Assembly: GCA_012295275.1 (NCBI GenBank) | Contig: CM022665.1 | Span: 18,414,001-18,478,000 of the forward strand | Direction of reading: 5' to 3' | DNA from: Chrysomallon squamiferum | Lineage: Eukaryota; Animalia; Mollusca | Length of the DNA: 64,000 nucleotides | Shown: piece by piece, positions 13,765 through 28,445 of the stretch | Position numbering within the stretch: the stretch's first letter is position 1 | How the letters are laid out: the number at the start of each line of letters is the position of its first letter | Notes under the pieces: generated by a model | What the model was told of the DNA's origin: nothing | Database searches by the model: none | What the model saw: the letters and a program-made list of their open reading frames with translations, nothing else | Translations under genes and position numbers: made by a program

Positions 13765-16700
13765 TAAAAAATAAAAAGAATTAAAGAATGCATTTGCCTG
13801 AAACAAGAATCACACAACTTGGAGTAATGTCCCCTATGATGAGTGATGGCTGGTGTCATACGATCGATGACAAATTTAAAAAAAAAAAAAAAACACGTAA
13901 GAAAGTAAGAAAAGTTGCTGGGAACTAAATATATATGAGCATAAACTTTTATCTTCATTAAAATAAATAAATAAATAAAATAGATTTTCTCTAAAGTGAG
14001 ATCCCTAATAATAAGAAGAACAACATCAGCCATAATGTTAATGACAACAACATCAGTTAAAATACTGTAAGTGGTTTGACAGTTAAGCCATTGGCGTTTA
14101 GATCAAAACATAATACCAGCTCCAATATAGTATAAATAATTAATATTAAACACACACACACACACACACACACGCACGCATAGGCAAACATATATTAAAC
14201 AAATAATAGTAGGCTAATAAAACATAAAACTTTGAAAATTAATGCTCTTTTTTTCTTGTATCTTTGTGACCAAAAGTCAATGATGATAACAGATGTTTCA
14301 AAAGTAAAAAACTCAGACTTCTGCTGCTGTTGACTGACAGGGACGGATTCAGTTGCCACATAAATGCTTAAGTTAACATTGTGTTTACATTTAGCAGATG
14401 AAAGACATACTTTGTAAAAAAAAAAAAAAAAACACAGCAAAATACTAGCTTTTCCCCATACTGAAAAAACAAAACAATATATATATATATTAGTAAATTT
14501 TTATTGTCTTTCATATTCATTCATTCTATAAAGAATTACTTAACAAACTTAGATTTAAAATGTAGAAAGAAAACGTAGCTTCAGTGTCAGGAGTGGTTTG
14601 AGACGTAACTAATAACAGAATCAATTATCCATGGCATTCCTTTTAGCCACTTTCCCATTACACTTGTTACTACCATCAGTGTATTACTCTTATCAGTCAG
14701 CAATCATTTTATCTTCCCATAAACAGAAAAACACAGAAGCCATATTCCTCTTTCCATTAGCAGGAAACACAAGACATGTTCACCTTCCCATAAACAGGGA
14801 AAAACACAAAAGCCTCTACCAGAGTACTGGTTGGAATAAGATAAAATAAAAAGGAAATGGCAATGATTGATTCAATAATCTATCAAACTAATGAACAATC
14901 TTACTTGTTTCACTTTCTTGGCTACTAAACCAGCCCCATTCAGTTTCAGCTTGAAACATTTGAACTAATGTAGTTCAAAAACACACATGTGAGATGTAAA
15001 TCAACTAAACTGATTCAGTCTCAGTAAAGTAATTTAACTAAAACATTTCAGTTTACATGACTCCATAAATATTCAATGAACCACTGTAATTCAAATTTAT
15101 TTAATTCAAATGTTTAAAGTTTGTATAGAATGAAAATGTCATATAAGTGTTTACAATTTTGTTATTTTTATTTTTGTTTGTCCTTGTCAGAGCAACCTCT
15201 TGGACTTTTTTCCCATTCTGACCATAGCCTTATGATTGGTTTATTAATGGCTGTGCAATGAATATTTCTAATCAGGAAGATCTGAGAAGAGATTTAATTT
15301 TTTTACATCAACATTATATTACTTGCTTTATACATAATAACAGTTTATATCAGTATTACATTAAACAAATAAAAGGTTTATAATTAATTATTATTAACAA
15401 TGGAATGAATCTGAGATGTTGAATAAGTGCTGTTACTTTTGTCTCTACAGTTTTCAAAACACAAGAGTTTAACAAGTAATAAAATATTGCAAACAGTAAA
15501 ATATTTATGAAACATTAACAGATATTCATTAATTCAGCATTACGAATATTTTTCCAATTTATAAAAATAAATACAGATAAATAACAATAAAATAAATACA
15601 GATATGTGCATTAGAAGCTTTCCATCTGTAATAAATGATGCATGAAGCTGGTTTCTGGGACATTGTGCTCACATGTTATTTCATTCTTTTCCTTTCAGTG
15701 TATAATTACTCTATATACAACTAGTTATGGCTGGGCTTTTTATTTTTTTAATGTATTTATGCATGAAGCATAACTTGTAAAAATATTGTTCACCAATGTT
15801 GTTTGAGAATCTGAACATGTTTATGTATAAATTGTGTCCATACAGATATAACAAAAACAAAATAATTTTTTTTTTTTTTTTTTTTTTTAAATGAAATAAA
15901 GAAGAAATAATAATATTTAAATAAATAAAAATATTATTGATATAGTTTGTTCAAAATAGATTTTAAAAAGTATGTATATTTAGTTAAATAAATGAAAAAT
16001 TACTTAACTTTGTTTGAAAAAATCATTTTAAATTAAAATATATAAAATGTAACAAAAATGTGAGGAAAAAAATTAAAATTACATTATTTAAAATCAGCAA
16101 AACAAAAATAAACAAACACACAAACAAAAGCAACAAGAAATAGTATTAAGTGCTTACTGAAGCATTATTGGGGTATATCAATAAATATGCACTACCACAA
16201 ATATTCACTAAACAGGACAACATAAACACTTTATTACTCTTGTGGTTTAACAAACAAGACAAACACCAGGTACGCCGTGGTCTTAAGGAGAGTATATCCA
16301 AATACCTTTCTTATCTTTATATATATATATATATTATTTTTTTTTTTAACAACGTGATTTTTAAAATTTTTGTTTATAACTAAACTTGTTTTAAAAAATA
16401 ATTGTAGATCTACACTTGAATGGTTTTGAATCAAACCTAATAATTTTAAATAATTTTTTCTTGTGTTTACCTGGGGGAAGAAAAGAATGTTGTTATCATA
16501 CTTGTTTCATGTACAAGGTATCAGGATTTATTTATATTTATTATGACAGTACAGATAGGTAGTATCATACGCATAGGTAATAATACAGGCAAGAATTACC
16601 TGTACAGAGAAAGGTGTAATATATCTATGTAATTTCAGGATAGATCCACAACTGCTTACAGAGGGGATATTTGTAATCAGGTGGACCCAGGTGCTCATTG

Positions 16701-18435
16701 TCTGCCAGCATAAACGTATTTTAACTAATGTGTGTGTGTGTGTGTGTGTTCTTAGTATGGATAGGAACTTTTAAAATAATACAAATAAAAAAAAATAAAA
16801 AATACATTCATAAAAAAAATAAAGAAAATAATAATAATAACAAGAAGAAGAAGAAGAAAAATTTTAATAATAAAAAATTAATAAAATAACTTTAGACCCT
16901 CCCATGGGTCATTGCTGATTATATGCAATTATTTTTTTACAAAAACAATGTTATGTTTGGGATGTAGTTATCAAAGTATTATAATGAAAGTTCTGAATAT
17001 ATTAATGTCAATAAGTTGAAGAACTAAATATATGAATATTCAACAGCTATTGAATATATGACATTTATATGAAATATTAAACTTAAGAATGCTTGCACAT
17101 GAAATATTAAAACATGAGTATGTTTACATATGAATTTTTAAATTTATTATGTGAATAATATTTTTCATATTTTTAAATGAGGTAATGTATGTGTGTGTGT
17201 GTGTGTGCGTGTGCATGTGTGTGTGTGTGTGTGCGCATGTGAATATATGCTTTCTTTTTCTTATCTATGATTTCTTCTGGGTTTTTTCTTTTCTTTCTAT
17301 CTTATTATTTTCCTTCTATCATTTTTTTCTCATAAAATATTTTTCTCCTTTTCTGTTTCTCAACCTTTTGCTTTCAATTAATAAAAACTCAGTTAATCAA
17401 CAACAACAAAAAAGAAGAAAAAGAAAAAGGTATAATAATAAATAAGTAAGTAAATAAATAAACAAATAAATGAATAAATAAATAAATAATAATTTCCATT
17501 TAGTATCTAAAAATTTTAAGAAAAAAAAAACACTCAATAAGACATTATTTATAATTAATATTTCATATCTAAAGATGTTTATTTATTTATTTATTTTTTG
17601 ATTTTTAAAAAGAGAAAGAAAAACGAAGAAGAAATGAAGGAAGATATGAAATTAATTCTAAAATCTTTCCTAACTCTTCTTCTATCATATCAACTGGTTA
17701 TCCTAGATTGACTAATCGGTTACCTGGTTTCATCCAATCAACCGACAGTTAAACTGTTATTAATAATACACCATAACTAACCTTGGCCAATGACCTGTTA
17801 CCTTTGAACCAAAGAAGGTGAAGGTCATTACCTAACCACTTGTGATTAAGTACCAGCCTCAGGTTAGCACTTTAATAGTGTTTGATCTATTACATAAAAA
17901 TTCATGCGGTGTTAATACTCTATAAATATTGCTTAATGTAAATTAATTAATTGAACTTCCGCAAATTAAAGTCATGAAAACTTAATTTGGAAAATGAAAA
18001 AAAAAAAAAAGTACTGTTTATGTACATTTGATGATGGATGGTTTTACAGAAGTACAACTTAGGTCATTTTTGATAACTGGTTAATGAATAAAATGCAATC
18101 TCTGTGATTTTGTGATAGAAAAATATTAAATATGAAAGAAACAAAAAAAAAAAAAAAAAAAAAAAAAATTATTTTTTCATAATGGAAAAGGTTACATTTG
18201 TCAAAATGTGAAAAATGTTTTTCTTGAAGGATGGTTTTATTAAGAGAAAAAACAACAGTTAAAAATAATAAAAACAAATGCAAAAAATACCAAACTGAAA
18301 GAAATAATGAAATAATGAAATAAAATATATAATAAATTTGAAAAACCCAGAAGAAAACAAAAGAAAAAACAACAAAAAACATACAAAATAACTGAGTGAA
18401 AGTAAAAAAATTAAAATTGAAAAAAAGACAGACTT

Positions 18436-18468
<33 letters not shown>

Positions 18469-18880
18469 GTTAATGAGTTATTATTAATGGCTTTAAATAA
18501 TAACTTAGTATGATAGCTAATATTTTTTTATGACAGTTTCAAGGTGATTCATGCATCTGATAAACATCTGTTTAAATAACATATATGTTAAATACATCTT
18601 TGTTTTCTACAAGACAGTTATAAAACACAGATTTTTACTTAGTGTCAGGTTATTGAAGTATTGGAAAATATGACTACTGCATATATTAAGAAAGAAAGAA
18701 TAAGAGAGAGAGAGAGAGAGAGACAAAAAGAGAGATAGAGAAAGATATAATGAAAGAAAACATTTAACAGATAGATATAAAATAAAAGTGAGAAGCTGAT
18801 AAAACAAACAAAAAACAGAGAGAAAGAAGAAGACATGAGAGAGACAAGTACAACTGTATTTAATGATATCAAGAATTTTA

Positions 18881-18964
<84 letters not shown>

Positions 18965-19825
18965 TTATTTTTATTTGTTTTGTTTACATAGGCAAGGAAA
19001 AAACATACCAAAAATATTAATAAATTAATCACTGAGATTGGAATAATGATATTTCAATTTGAAAGAGAAACTGTGAGAGAAAGATGAAAGAAAATTCACA
19101 ACACTTTTCCAAACAAAATGACAGAAAGAGAGATATATGCTAACAAAACAAAACATTAACAGTTTAACAAAGAAAAAAACTTCACTTAGACACCAATTAC
19201 ACTAATATGTAAAAAAACAAACAACCAAAGACCCCATGACAGTGAGAAATAAACCTGACTTTATTATGTAACATGATCTGTTAAAAAAAAGAAACCTCAC
19301 AGGGTACAAAACAACTAACTTAAAAGAAAGTAATTGTTTTCTCAGACAAAAAAGCATGATAACAAACATACACACACACATTAACATCTATGTAAATCAC
19401 CATTTATTATGGATCTATAGACACACATTATGTACATGTTTTTGCATGTTTACATGTTTTGGAGTGTTACTGAAAAAGACTCTTTTAAGTAATATTATAC
19501 ATATACACAAATATTTATTCATACCCACATATCTCAAACAGATGTAAGTATATACAAATATACCTGCATACATATGTAAGTATATAGGTACCAACAAACA
19601 CTCACACACACACATATATACATACATTCATATGCACAGGCATACACACATATAAAAAACAAAAACAAAAACATGCACACATACATAATAAATACATGTA
19701 AACAAATTAGAAAAAAAGCAACTGTATACCATATATTTGTTTTTCACTCAATAGTGAAGGCTCTACTATTAAAGATTTAATAATGTATTGAAAACTGAAA
19801 ATAGTAAGTATTCTATATTTTAGTG

Positions 19826-19880
<55 letters not shown>

Positions 19881-20584
19881 AGTATCTCAGGTTTCACAAA
19901 ATTTAAAATTTAAGCTGTACAGTTGAGGTTATATATACATTTTTTTTTTTTTTTTTTTTTTTTTTTTGGTGCACGATTTTGATAACTTTTAACCGAAGTT
20001 TTTTTTTCCCCACCTACTGACAGTTTGTGCACACATATAAATCAAACAAACCGATAGGTGAGTTGTAATGTAAACACAGGTTACGTGATTTTATACATGT
20101 GTTTTTACATGCAGGCTAAAGTATCATGTTAAAAGGTTTAGGTGTCAAACAAATGAAAACAAATAATAATAATAAAACAACAACAATAATAATAATAATC
20201 TACATCTGAAAATTATATTATTCACAGTTTTTTTGTTTTGTTTTTTATTGTTGTTGTTGTTTTATATAATTAAAACATAGCAACAATAAATAAAAACGGA
20301 GTTCGATTTTATTTGTTTTCTTCTTTTCTAGCGCTTAAAATTTGCATATAGCCTTTATTATAGGAAATACCAAATATAACACTCCAAAAATAGAGCAAAC
20401 CTTTTAGAAACTTAACAAAAGCACAAACAACACCCCCCCCCAAAAAAACCCCTAAAAACAACACGCAACAATAAACAGTCTAACCCCGATAAAATGAAAA
20501 AGAAAAACGAAAAGAAAAAAGACAACTACAAAATACGATATTTATTGTAACTTAACAAATGTTTTAAGCGGAAGTTAATACCAT

Positions 20585-20652
<68 letters not shown>

Positions 20653-22634
20653 CTTCTTCTAACATGCTAAACTAAAATTTCACAAGCATTTTACACAAAG
20701 AGTTAACTGCTTTCAAACAAATCGCACTTTCCCACACAGCAGAAGTCGAAATTTGTGTGTTGCCGTCTGCCTCTTTTGCTGAACCGGGGGCCATCAATTT
20801 TCTTTTAAAAAACCCCATAACATTCCTTCTTTGACAAGCATGTGTAAGTCTTTAAGATAAACGCTGTCTTCGAGGGCATTACGACAATGCTAACTGAATT
20901 TATCAGCGACTGACTGTCCTGCAAATAGAACGCCATTTCGAAAAAAAAAGAGAGAAAAAAAAAAAGGTTGAAGCGGATATACTGAACTACGTTGTTATTT
21001 ACAAATTAGGAATGTTTACGCTGCGTTGTGTCGTTGAATCTGTAAAAATTTGTTTAAAAGCCAGCTTGTTCATTCAGTTCATTATCCTTTTTTATGAATG
21101 GTGAAGAAACAGTATTTGTTAAATTATTATAACAACAACAATACTAAATAGTTATAAAATTATAAATAAAAAGGAATACAAATAGCACAAAGAAGAAGAA
21201 GAAGAAGAAGAAATAAATAATAAAATAAATACCCCAAACTCGTCAAAACAACAAAAATAATAAGAAGAAGAAAAGGAAAAAACAACAAAAATCTAAGAAC
21301 TAAAACAGTGAAACAAACGATCAAAATAAATAATGAATTATATTAGAAATACAAATTATAAATTATAAATTAAAGACAGTAGCAAATAAATGAATTAAAA
21401 AAAAAAAAAAAAAAAAAACACTAAATAAAATAACGACAATAAAGAAATATTATATATATTTATATATATTTATTTATTTTAAAATGAATAGTAATAATAA
21501 ATATTTAAACAAATAAATAAATAATAAATAAAATAATATTGATAATAAATAAATAAAATGTATCTTTCTCACTCACTTTCCATTCCAATTTTATTTATTT
21601 ATTTAATTCTTTTACTCCTTATGTTTTCTAATTTTTTACTATTATTTTTTTCTTTAACTCTTACTAACGTTTTCTTTTCTTGTCTTGTTACAATATCCGC
21701 ATTTTCAAATCGATAAAACTTTTTTTTTTTTTTTTTTTTCTTTTTCTTTTTTTTTTTAAGAAAAAGAGAAAAAGGGGGAGGAAAGAAAAAAATGAAATGA
21801 GAATTTTAAAATAATAATAATAATAATAATAATAATATAAAAATGATAAAAATGATAAAAATAAAAAGTAAAATGTAAAAAACAAAAAGAAGAAGAAAAA
21901 GAACAACCCGAAAACAACTTTTCTTTGCAGAAAATCTGGGGCATGTTCTAGCGAACTAAGTCAGTATAACAAGGTCGTGTCAATGTGTTCTGTTTAAGAT
22001 ACAATAACCTCCGCAGATTAGATATAAATATCACAAGAAAAACTCCAAATGCTGTTTACATCAGATTTCAGACAAGAGCAAAAATTTTTTTTTTTGTATT
22101 TCCCGATTAGGTTTTTAAAAGTGTGTCATGCATTTATATATATACATAATAAAATTTAAAAAAACACATCATATGTTAAAAATGTGTATATTTTTGAAAA
22201 TTCCCTAGCAGCACGTTTTTTAAGATGATGTGTAAACAAAAAAAATAAAATATAATAATAATAATAATTATTATTATAATAAAAATAAATAAATAAAAAG
22301 TATAAAACCAAAAAACACCCAGCAGACCACACAAAATAATAATAAAGGAAAAAAAACAACAGAGTACTTCTAAAAACTGTTATATCTTTCTTTTTGACCA
22401 TCTCTCTCTCTCACTGGACTCTGTCTCCTCTCTCTTTCTCTCCTTAATGTTTTCATGGAGGCCAAAACCAAAAATATTTCACGAAAATGTCACATTTAAA
22501 TTAAATTTTATTATTATTTTGATAGCATGCTAGTTTGAAAGGAGATCTTTTTTTCCTTGTGAATTATGTATATATTTTTATTTGTTTATTTTTTCTTCTA
22601 TATATTAGAGTCTTTTATATTTTTTTTCTTTCTT

Positions 22635-22670
<36 letters not shown>

Positions 22671-24304
22671 AATAGAGGGAGTTGTCTGTTATTGATCAAT
22701 AATAATTTCTTTATTTGTATTTTTTAAAATATGTAAGAGAATTAAAAAAAATAATCATAATAATAATAAATTAAATGAACACCTTCCTTCCTAAAAAAAA
22801 CAACAAAACAAAACCAACAAATAAACAAAAAAAAAACCAGAACCCCAAACAAACAAACCTCCCACCAACCCCCCCAAAAATAATAAATAAAATAAAATAA
22901 TAATAAGACCAAAATATATATATTCTATGTAATAAATTAATAAATAACAAATTAAAGCAAACAATTATAAAAATGAAAAAAAAAATAAATAAAAAATAAA
23001 TAAATAATAAATAAAACAAGTAAATACATTTTAAAAAATAAACGTAATTAATAAAATAAAATAAATATATAAATAAAGAAATATAATAAATTAATGAAAT
23101 AATAAATAGATATAAATTTTAAAAAAAATCATTAATAAAATAAATAACAAAAAAGAGATTAACAAAATATAAATTAATTTTTCAAAGCAATAGCAAAAAA
23201 CATACATATATATTTAATAATAATGACGATGATGATGATGATGATAATGACATACACACAAATAAATGTTCATGTAATAATAAATAAAACAAAACAGTGA
23301 AGAATAAAATCAGTTTAAAAAAATAAATAAATAAAAGAGAATAAATAAATAAATAAATAAAGATAATGTATAATATATAAAATAGTTAAATTATAATTTA
23401 AAAATATAACAACAATTTCAGAAAAATAAAAAATATAAAAATAAATAAATAATAATAATAATAATATAGGGAAAACATAAAAATTAAAATTAACATAAAA
23501 CGAAAAAAAATCATCTTCAAAAATCCCCCAGAAACAAATAAAATTAAATAAAATAAAGAATAAATTATATCAGTAAGTAAATTTAAAAACCAATAAATAA
23601 AATAAAGCAAAAATAAATAATAATAATAACAACAAGTACAGTAAATAAATAAATAAATTTAAAAATATATTTATTGGTTTAATTTATTATATTTTATACT
23701 GAATAAATAAATTTAAGAAAAGAAAGTATATATTAAATTAAATCAATAAATGCATTTTAGAAATCTTAAATAAATAAAAATTAAAAAAAAAAAACACAAA
23801 AAAAACAACACAAAAAACAATTAAACAAACCAAAACAACAAGAACAAAACAACATTATTTAATTTATCAGTGTGAGAAATTTTGTTTTATTATTTTTTTA
23901 ACTACTTCAAAAAATAAAAATTATAAAAGATTTGTCACTGACAGCAAATATGTAGATTTAATCAAAATTAGTTTGTAGGAATATATTTTATATCAGACAT
24001 ACTAATTAACGTAATTTATGATGTTACTAATTTGTGAACTCTATTTTAAAACTTTTTTTTAAATATATATATATATTTTTATTTTTATTTTTTTATGTCC
24101 TTATTCAAGTGAGTAAGAGAAATCAAAAATGTTTTGGGATATTAATGAGTGTTTATTTATAACTAACATTTTCACAGAAAACATTAATTTATTCTTCTTG
24201 TGCTGCATGTCAGCCTAAAGAGATTTTTGTTAACTTGACACACACACTAAAGTACATACATACACAGATACACAGATCGACACACCAAAACAGTTAAGCA
24301 TTGC

Positions 24305-24357
<53 letters not shown>

Positions 24358-25791
24358 CATTTGTATATATATATATAAATACACATACACACACACAAAT
24401 ACACACACACACATAAATATATTATATATACACCCACAACCCCCAGCCACACACACATAACCAAATACTTTTTTATATATATTAAATATTCCATGTACCG
24501 AATCAAGTGTTATTAATGAAAATAGAGCAGTGTGAGTAACACAAACACTCTAAATACAGCTAAATACTTAATTAGACATGGTAGAAATGAAAATTCTCTT
24601 TATCAGGAATATTTGTGTGTTTCTCTAGCTATCAGTCATTTAAAATCTGCATCATTTTCATAATGGCTCTTCATATCTGCTGCTCATTTCTCGCCCACAA
24701 ACACCCACCCATCCACCATTTCAGACAGATTAATTAATAATGATGTCCTGCTGTCAGTAGTAAACAATATCTAGATTCAGTGCTACTATGGTTAAGTAAT
24801 TAATGTGAAGACTAGTAAATGCTGGGTTCAAATCATGATAGCAGATTAAACAGATATAAAAATATATGTTTCTTTTTTTCTTCTTCTTTAAATTAAATTG
24901 ATTAAAGTAGGCTTCTGAATCATATGTCCAAAACATTATAGCTTAATTTTCATTGCAGCTATTATTGTTATTTTTTAATAGCAAAGATAGAGATGGATAG
25001 ATGGACAGATAAATAAATAGATAGCTAGATAGAATGATAGATAAATAAACAGAAAGATCAGTAGACAGATAGATATAAATAAAAATATGGATATGGCTAT
25101 AGATGTAGATGTAGATACATACACATTCTCAAACATAGGAGAGCAATTACCACCATTTTTGGAAAGACAGATCATGGAGCAGTATTTTGAACAGAAAAAA
25201 TGGAATGCGAATTCAAACGAATTCAAGTATTTGGCAGAGATACAGACAACAAGACTGACATTATGATCACAAAAGAGTACAATATATTACTGAGTGTAAA
25301 ACAACAAAAACAACAACAAAACTCCCCAACAAAAACAATAAAAATTAAAACACCAAACAACAAAAACAACAGTAACCAACCATCTGTACTGAAACAGAAA
25401 TGAAAAACCCCCAGACAAATAAATTGTCCTGACAGACAAACAGACAGTCAGACCAACATGACTGACTGTTAGACAGACAGACTGATAGAAAAATATCAGA
25501 ACAGAAAATTCAATTCTGCAGTTGTAGGAGACAAAACCAAACTGACCAGTATTTATCATTTTGTGACAAACATAAACAAATAAAGATTTAGGTGTTTAGG
25601 GAGGAAGCACTAACCAAACCTAACTAGATTACTGTAATTATCTACATATTGACTTTCTCTAATATTTCTTACAGTTATATCCAAACTTGTAAACAACCAG
25701 ATATCCAGATCCACATGGAAACATCTACAATCATGCTTATATATGACTGTGTGTATGTGTGTGTGTGCAGACACACATATAAATACATATA

Positions 25792-26018
25792 CAGGGTGTC
25801 CCAGAAGTCACGCACCATGAAGATTTTTATTTAGATACACATAAATTAGTAGCAAAACCCTCAACAGAGTAAAAAACAGTTTTATAAAGAGAATTGAAGT
25901 ATGTATCAATGCAGAGGGTAAGCAATTTGAGCATTTGTTATGATTATTTTTAATAACATTTTTATTCATATGTATCTAAATAAAAATCTTCATGGTGCAT
26001 GACTTCTGGGACACCCTG
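25792..26018 (+). mobile_element. Tc1/mariner-family MITE
   Basis: ~48-bp TIRs starting CAGGGTGTCCCAGAAGTCA, TA TSD; the interior encodes the transposase C-terminus LNRVKNSFIKRIEVCINAEGKQFEHLL*. Confidence 0.9.
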
Positions 26019-26074
26019 TATATATATATATAACTCATAAAAAATATGCCTATACAGCCAAACATACATACATG

Positions 26075-26106
<32 letters not shown>

Positions 26107-28149
26107 TACCTTCACACATACATTCATACATACATACATACATATATACACACATGCATTCATACATACATACATACACACACACATACACTCATACATA
26201 CACACATACATTCATACATATATACATACATACGTACACACATACATACACACAAACATTCATACATACACACATACATACATACACACAATACATTCAT
26301 ACATATATACATACATACACACACACATACATACATACATACACACATACACACATACACACATACAGACATACATACATATATAGGGTTGTCTCAGAGT
26401 GCAGGCAAATGGGTGCCATATGTTTGAGTCTCATCAGTGGTATTTGACGGGTTTGTGAGGTCGTGATTGGACTTTGTCCTCCTGTGCCAGTGTGTTCCCA
26501 AATATTTTCTATGTGCAGAGTCTAATCAGACGTACATAAGACATAGAATATTCAAAATCCTAAAATACATACATATATACACCATAATGAACTTTCTCTC
26601 TGGCAGATTAACACATGATATTTTTGTAATTATTTTTCTACTTATTAACTACTATTACAAAGATACTGTGACATTATGAAATTATAGTTATTATAAACTG
26701 CAACCTGACACCACCCTCACTGTAATTATTGCCTGTCATGCTGAGTGGGTGGGTGGGAAAGTAGCATATTTTTACCAAGTAATTCACATATTACACACGA
26801 GTTTGATAAAATTAATAATAACATATGTGATTTTCTTTCATTTTTTTTTTCTGCATAAATATATTTAGAAACGTTATTTTAAAAGCTTATGTAAAAATAT
26901 TTGTATAAATTTTTTTTTTTACATATAAAACACAATATATGTGTGTATTTAAAGTATGTAAGTATAATAAAAACATACAAACAAAATAAATAAATAGTTA
27001 ATTTGATAGCTAGATAGACAGATTAATAATAAATAAATTAAAAAATATATACATAAATAAGCAAATAAATTTTATTTATAAAATAATCACACACACATAA
27101 ACAAAATAAATATGAAAGCTAAAATGAATTGTACTTATTAAATCATTACTGGTAGCTTGTGAAGTAGAAAGAGGAAAATGAAATCAATTGTAAATCTATT
27201 TGATCTTTGGTAAGTGTTTCGTAAACAGTATTTATTAAATTATTAAGTGGTAAATATGTTGATGCTGGGAGAGCATAAAATAAAATTTATAGTACACACC
27301 ATGTGTTATACTGTTACTATGTGTGGGCAATGAGATAAATTATATCAAACTGTGTTAATATAAATGTTGTATATGCCTTATGTAAACACTTACATATGTG
27401 AATAATACATTTATACATTTATATATACATACATGTATACTGAAGTATGTACATTCATACATAAATACATACATACATGCATACATATGTTGTTATATAG
27501 ATACATCTATATATAGACATATTTACATATATACATATACATCTATATATAGACATATTTACATATATACATATACATATATATATATACCTACATACAT
27601 GCACACATAAAGACACATACAAATATAAACTCATACAGAAACACACAAACATACATACATCCATATATGTATATATATTTACCTATCTATCTATCTAACA
27701 CACAAACAAGCAAACATACATACACACACCTAAGCACACACGTATACATTCAGTCACTCTTACAGCCATATTTCAAAAGTTTTATTATTTTATGACAACC
27801 TAATCACTTTCTAATGTCATTATTTCTCTGTTTTGTGAAAAATTCTGATCATTTTGTACTGTAGGTAAACAATTAGAATATTTCTAGAACTCCACATACC
27901 TCTTGGAATGGGAAATAATGATGAGAATGTACTAAGAAAGATATTTTCACCATATGGTGCAAAATTAAACAGAGCTAATTTCAAGATGGTAGCATATTGA
28001 TTCTGCAACATATGTGTTCCCTTTAAATAAGTAGGTAGTTGCCTTACATAAATAATGTACTTACTTGACAGGTGTATGAATGTATGTACATATATATATG
28101 TGTGTGTTTGTGTGTATATATATATGTATAGTTTAGCATATGTTTGACA

Positions 28150-28445
28150 TTATCTAGGTGTAAATGAAAATATAATATTTATTATGTGTGTGACAGATAT
28201 CTGCAGTTTAATTTACATAAATAATGTTATCAATGTTTAAATTAAAATATAAGATTTATTATTTACGTGACATGCATATATCTATATTTATGTGTAAATT
28301 AAATATTTATTACTTATATGTCAATATCTACATTTTAAGTTATATAAGTGACATATTTATGTGTAAATTAAAATATAACATTTATTACTTATATGACATA
28401 CATATAACCTGTGATCTAATCTAGGTGTAAATTAAAATATAACCT
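28150..28445 (+). repeat. Degenerate AT-rich tandem repeat (GTGTAAATTAAAATATAA..TTTATTACTTA..TGACA)
   Basis: About 5 recognisable copies. Confidence 0.55.
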
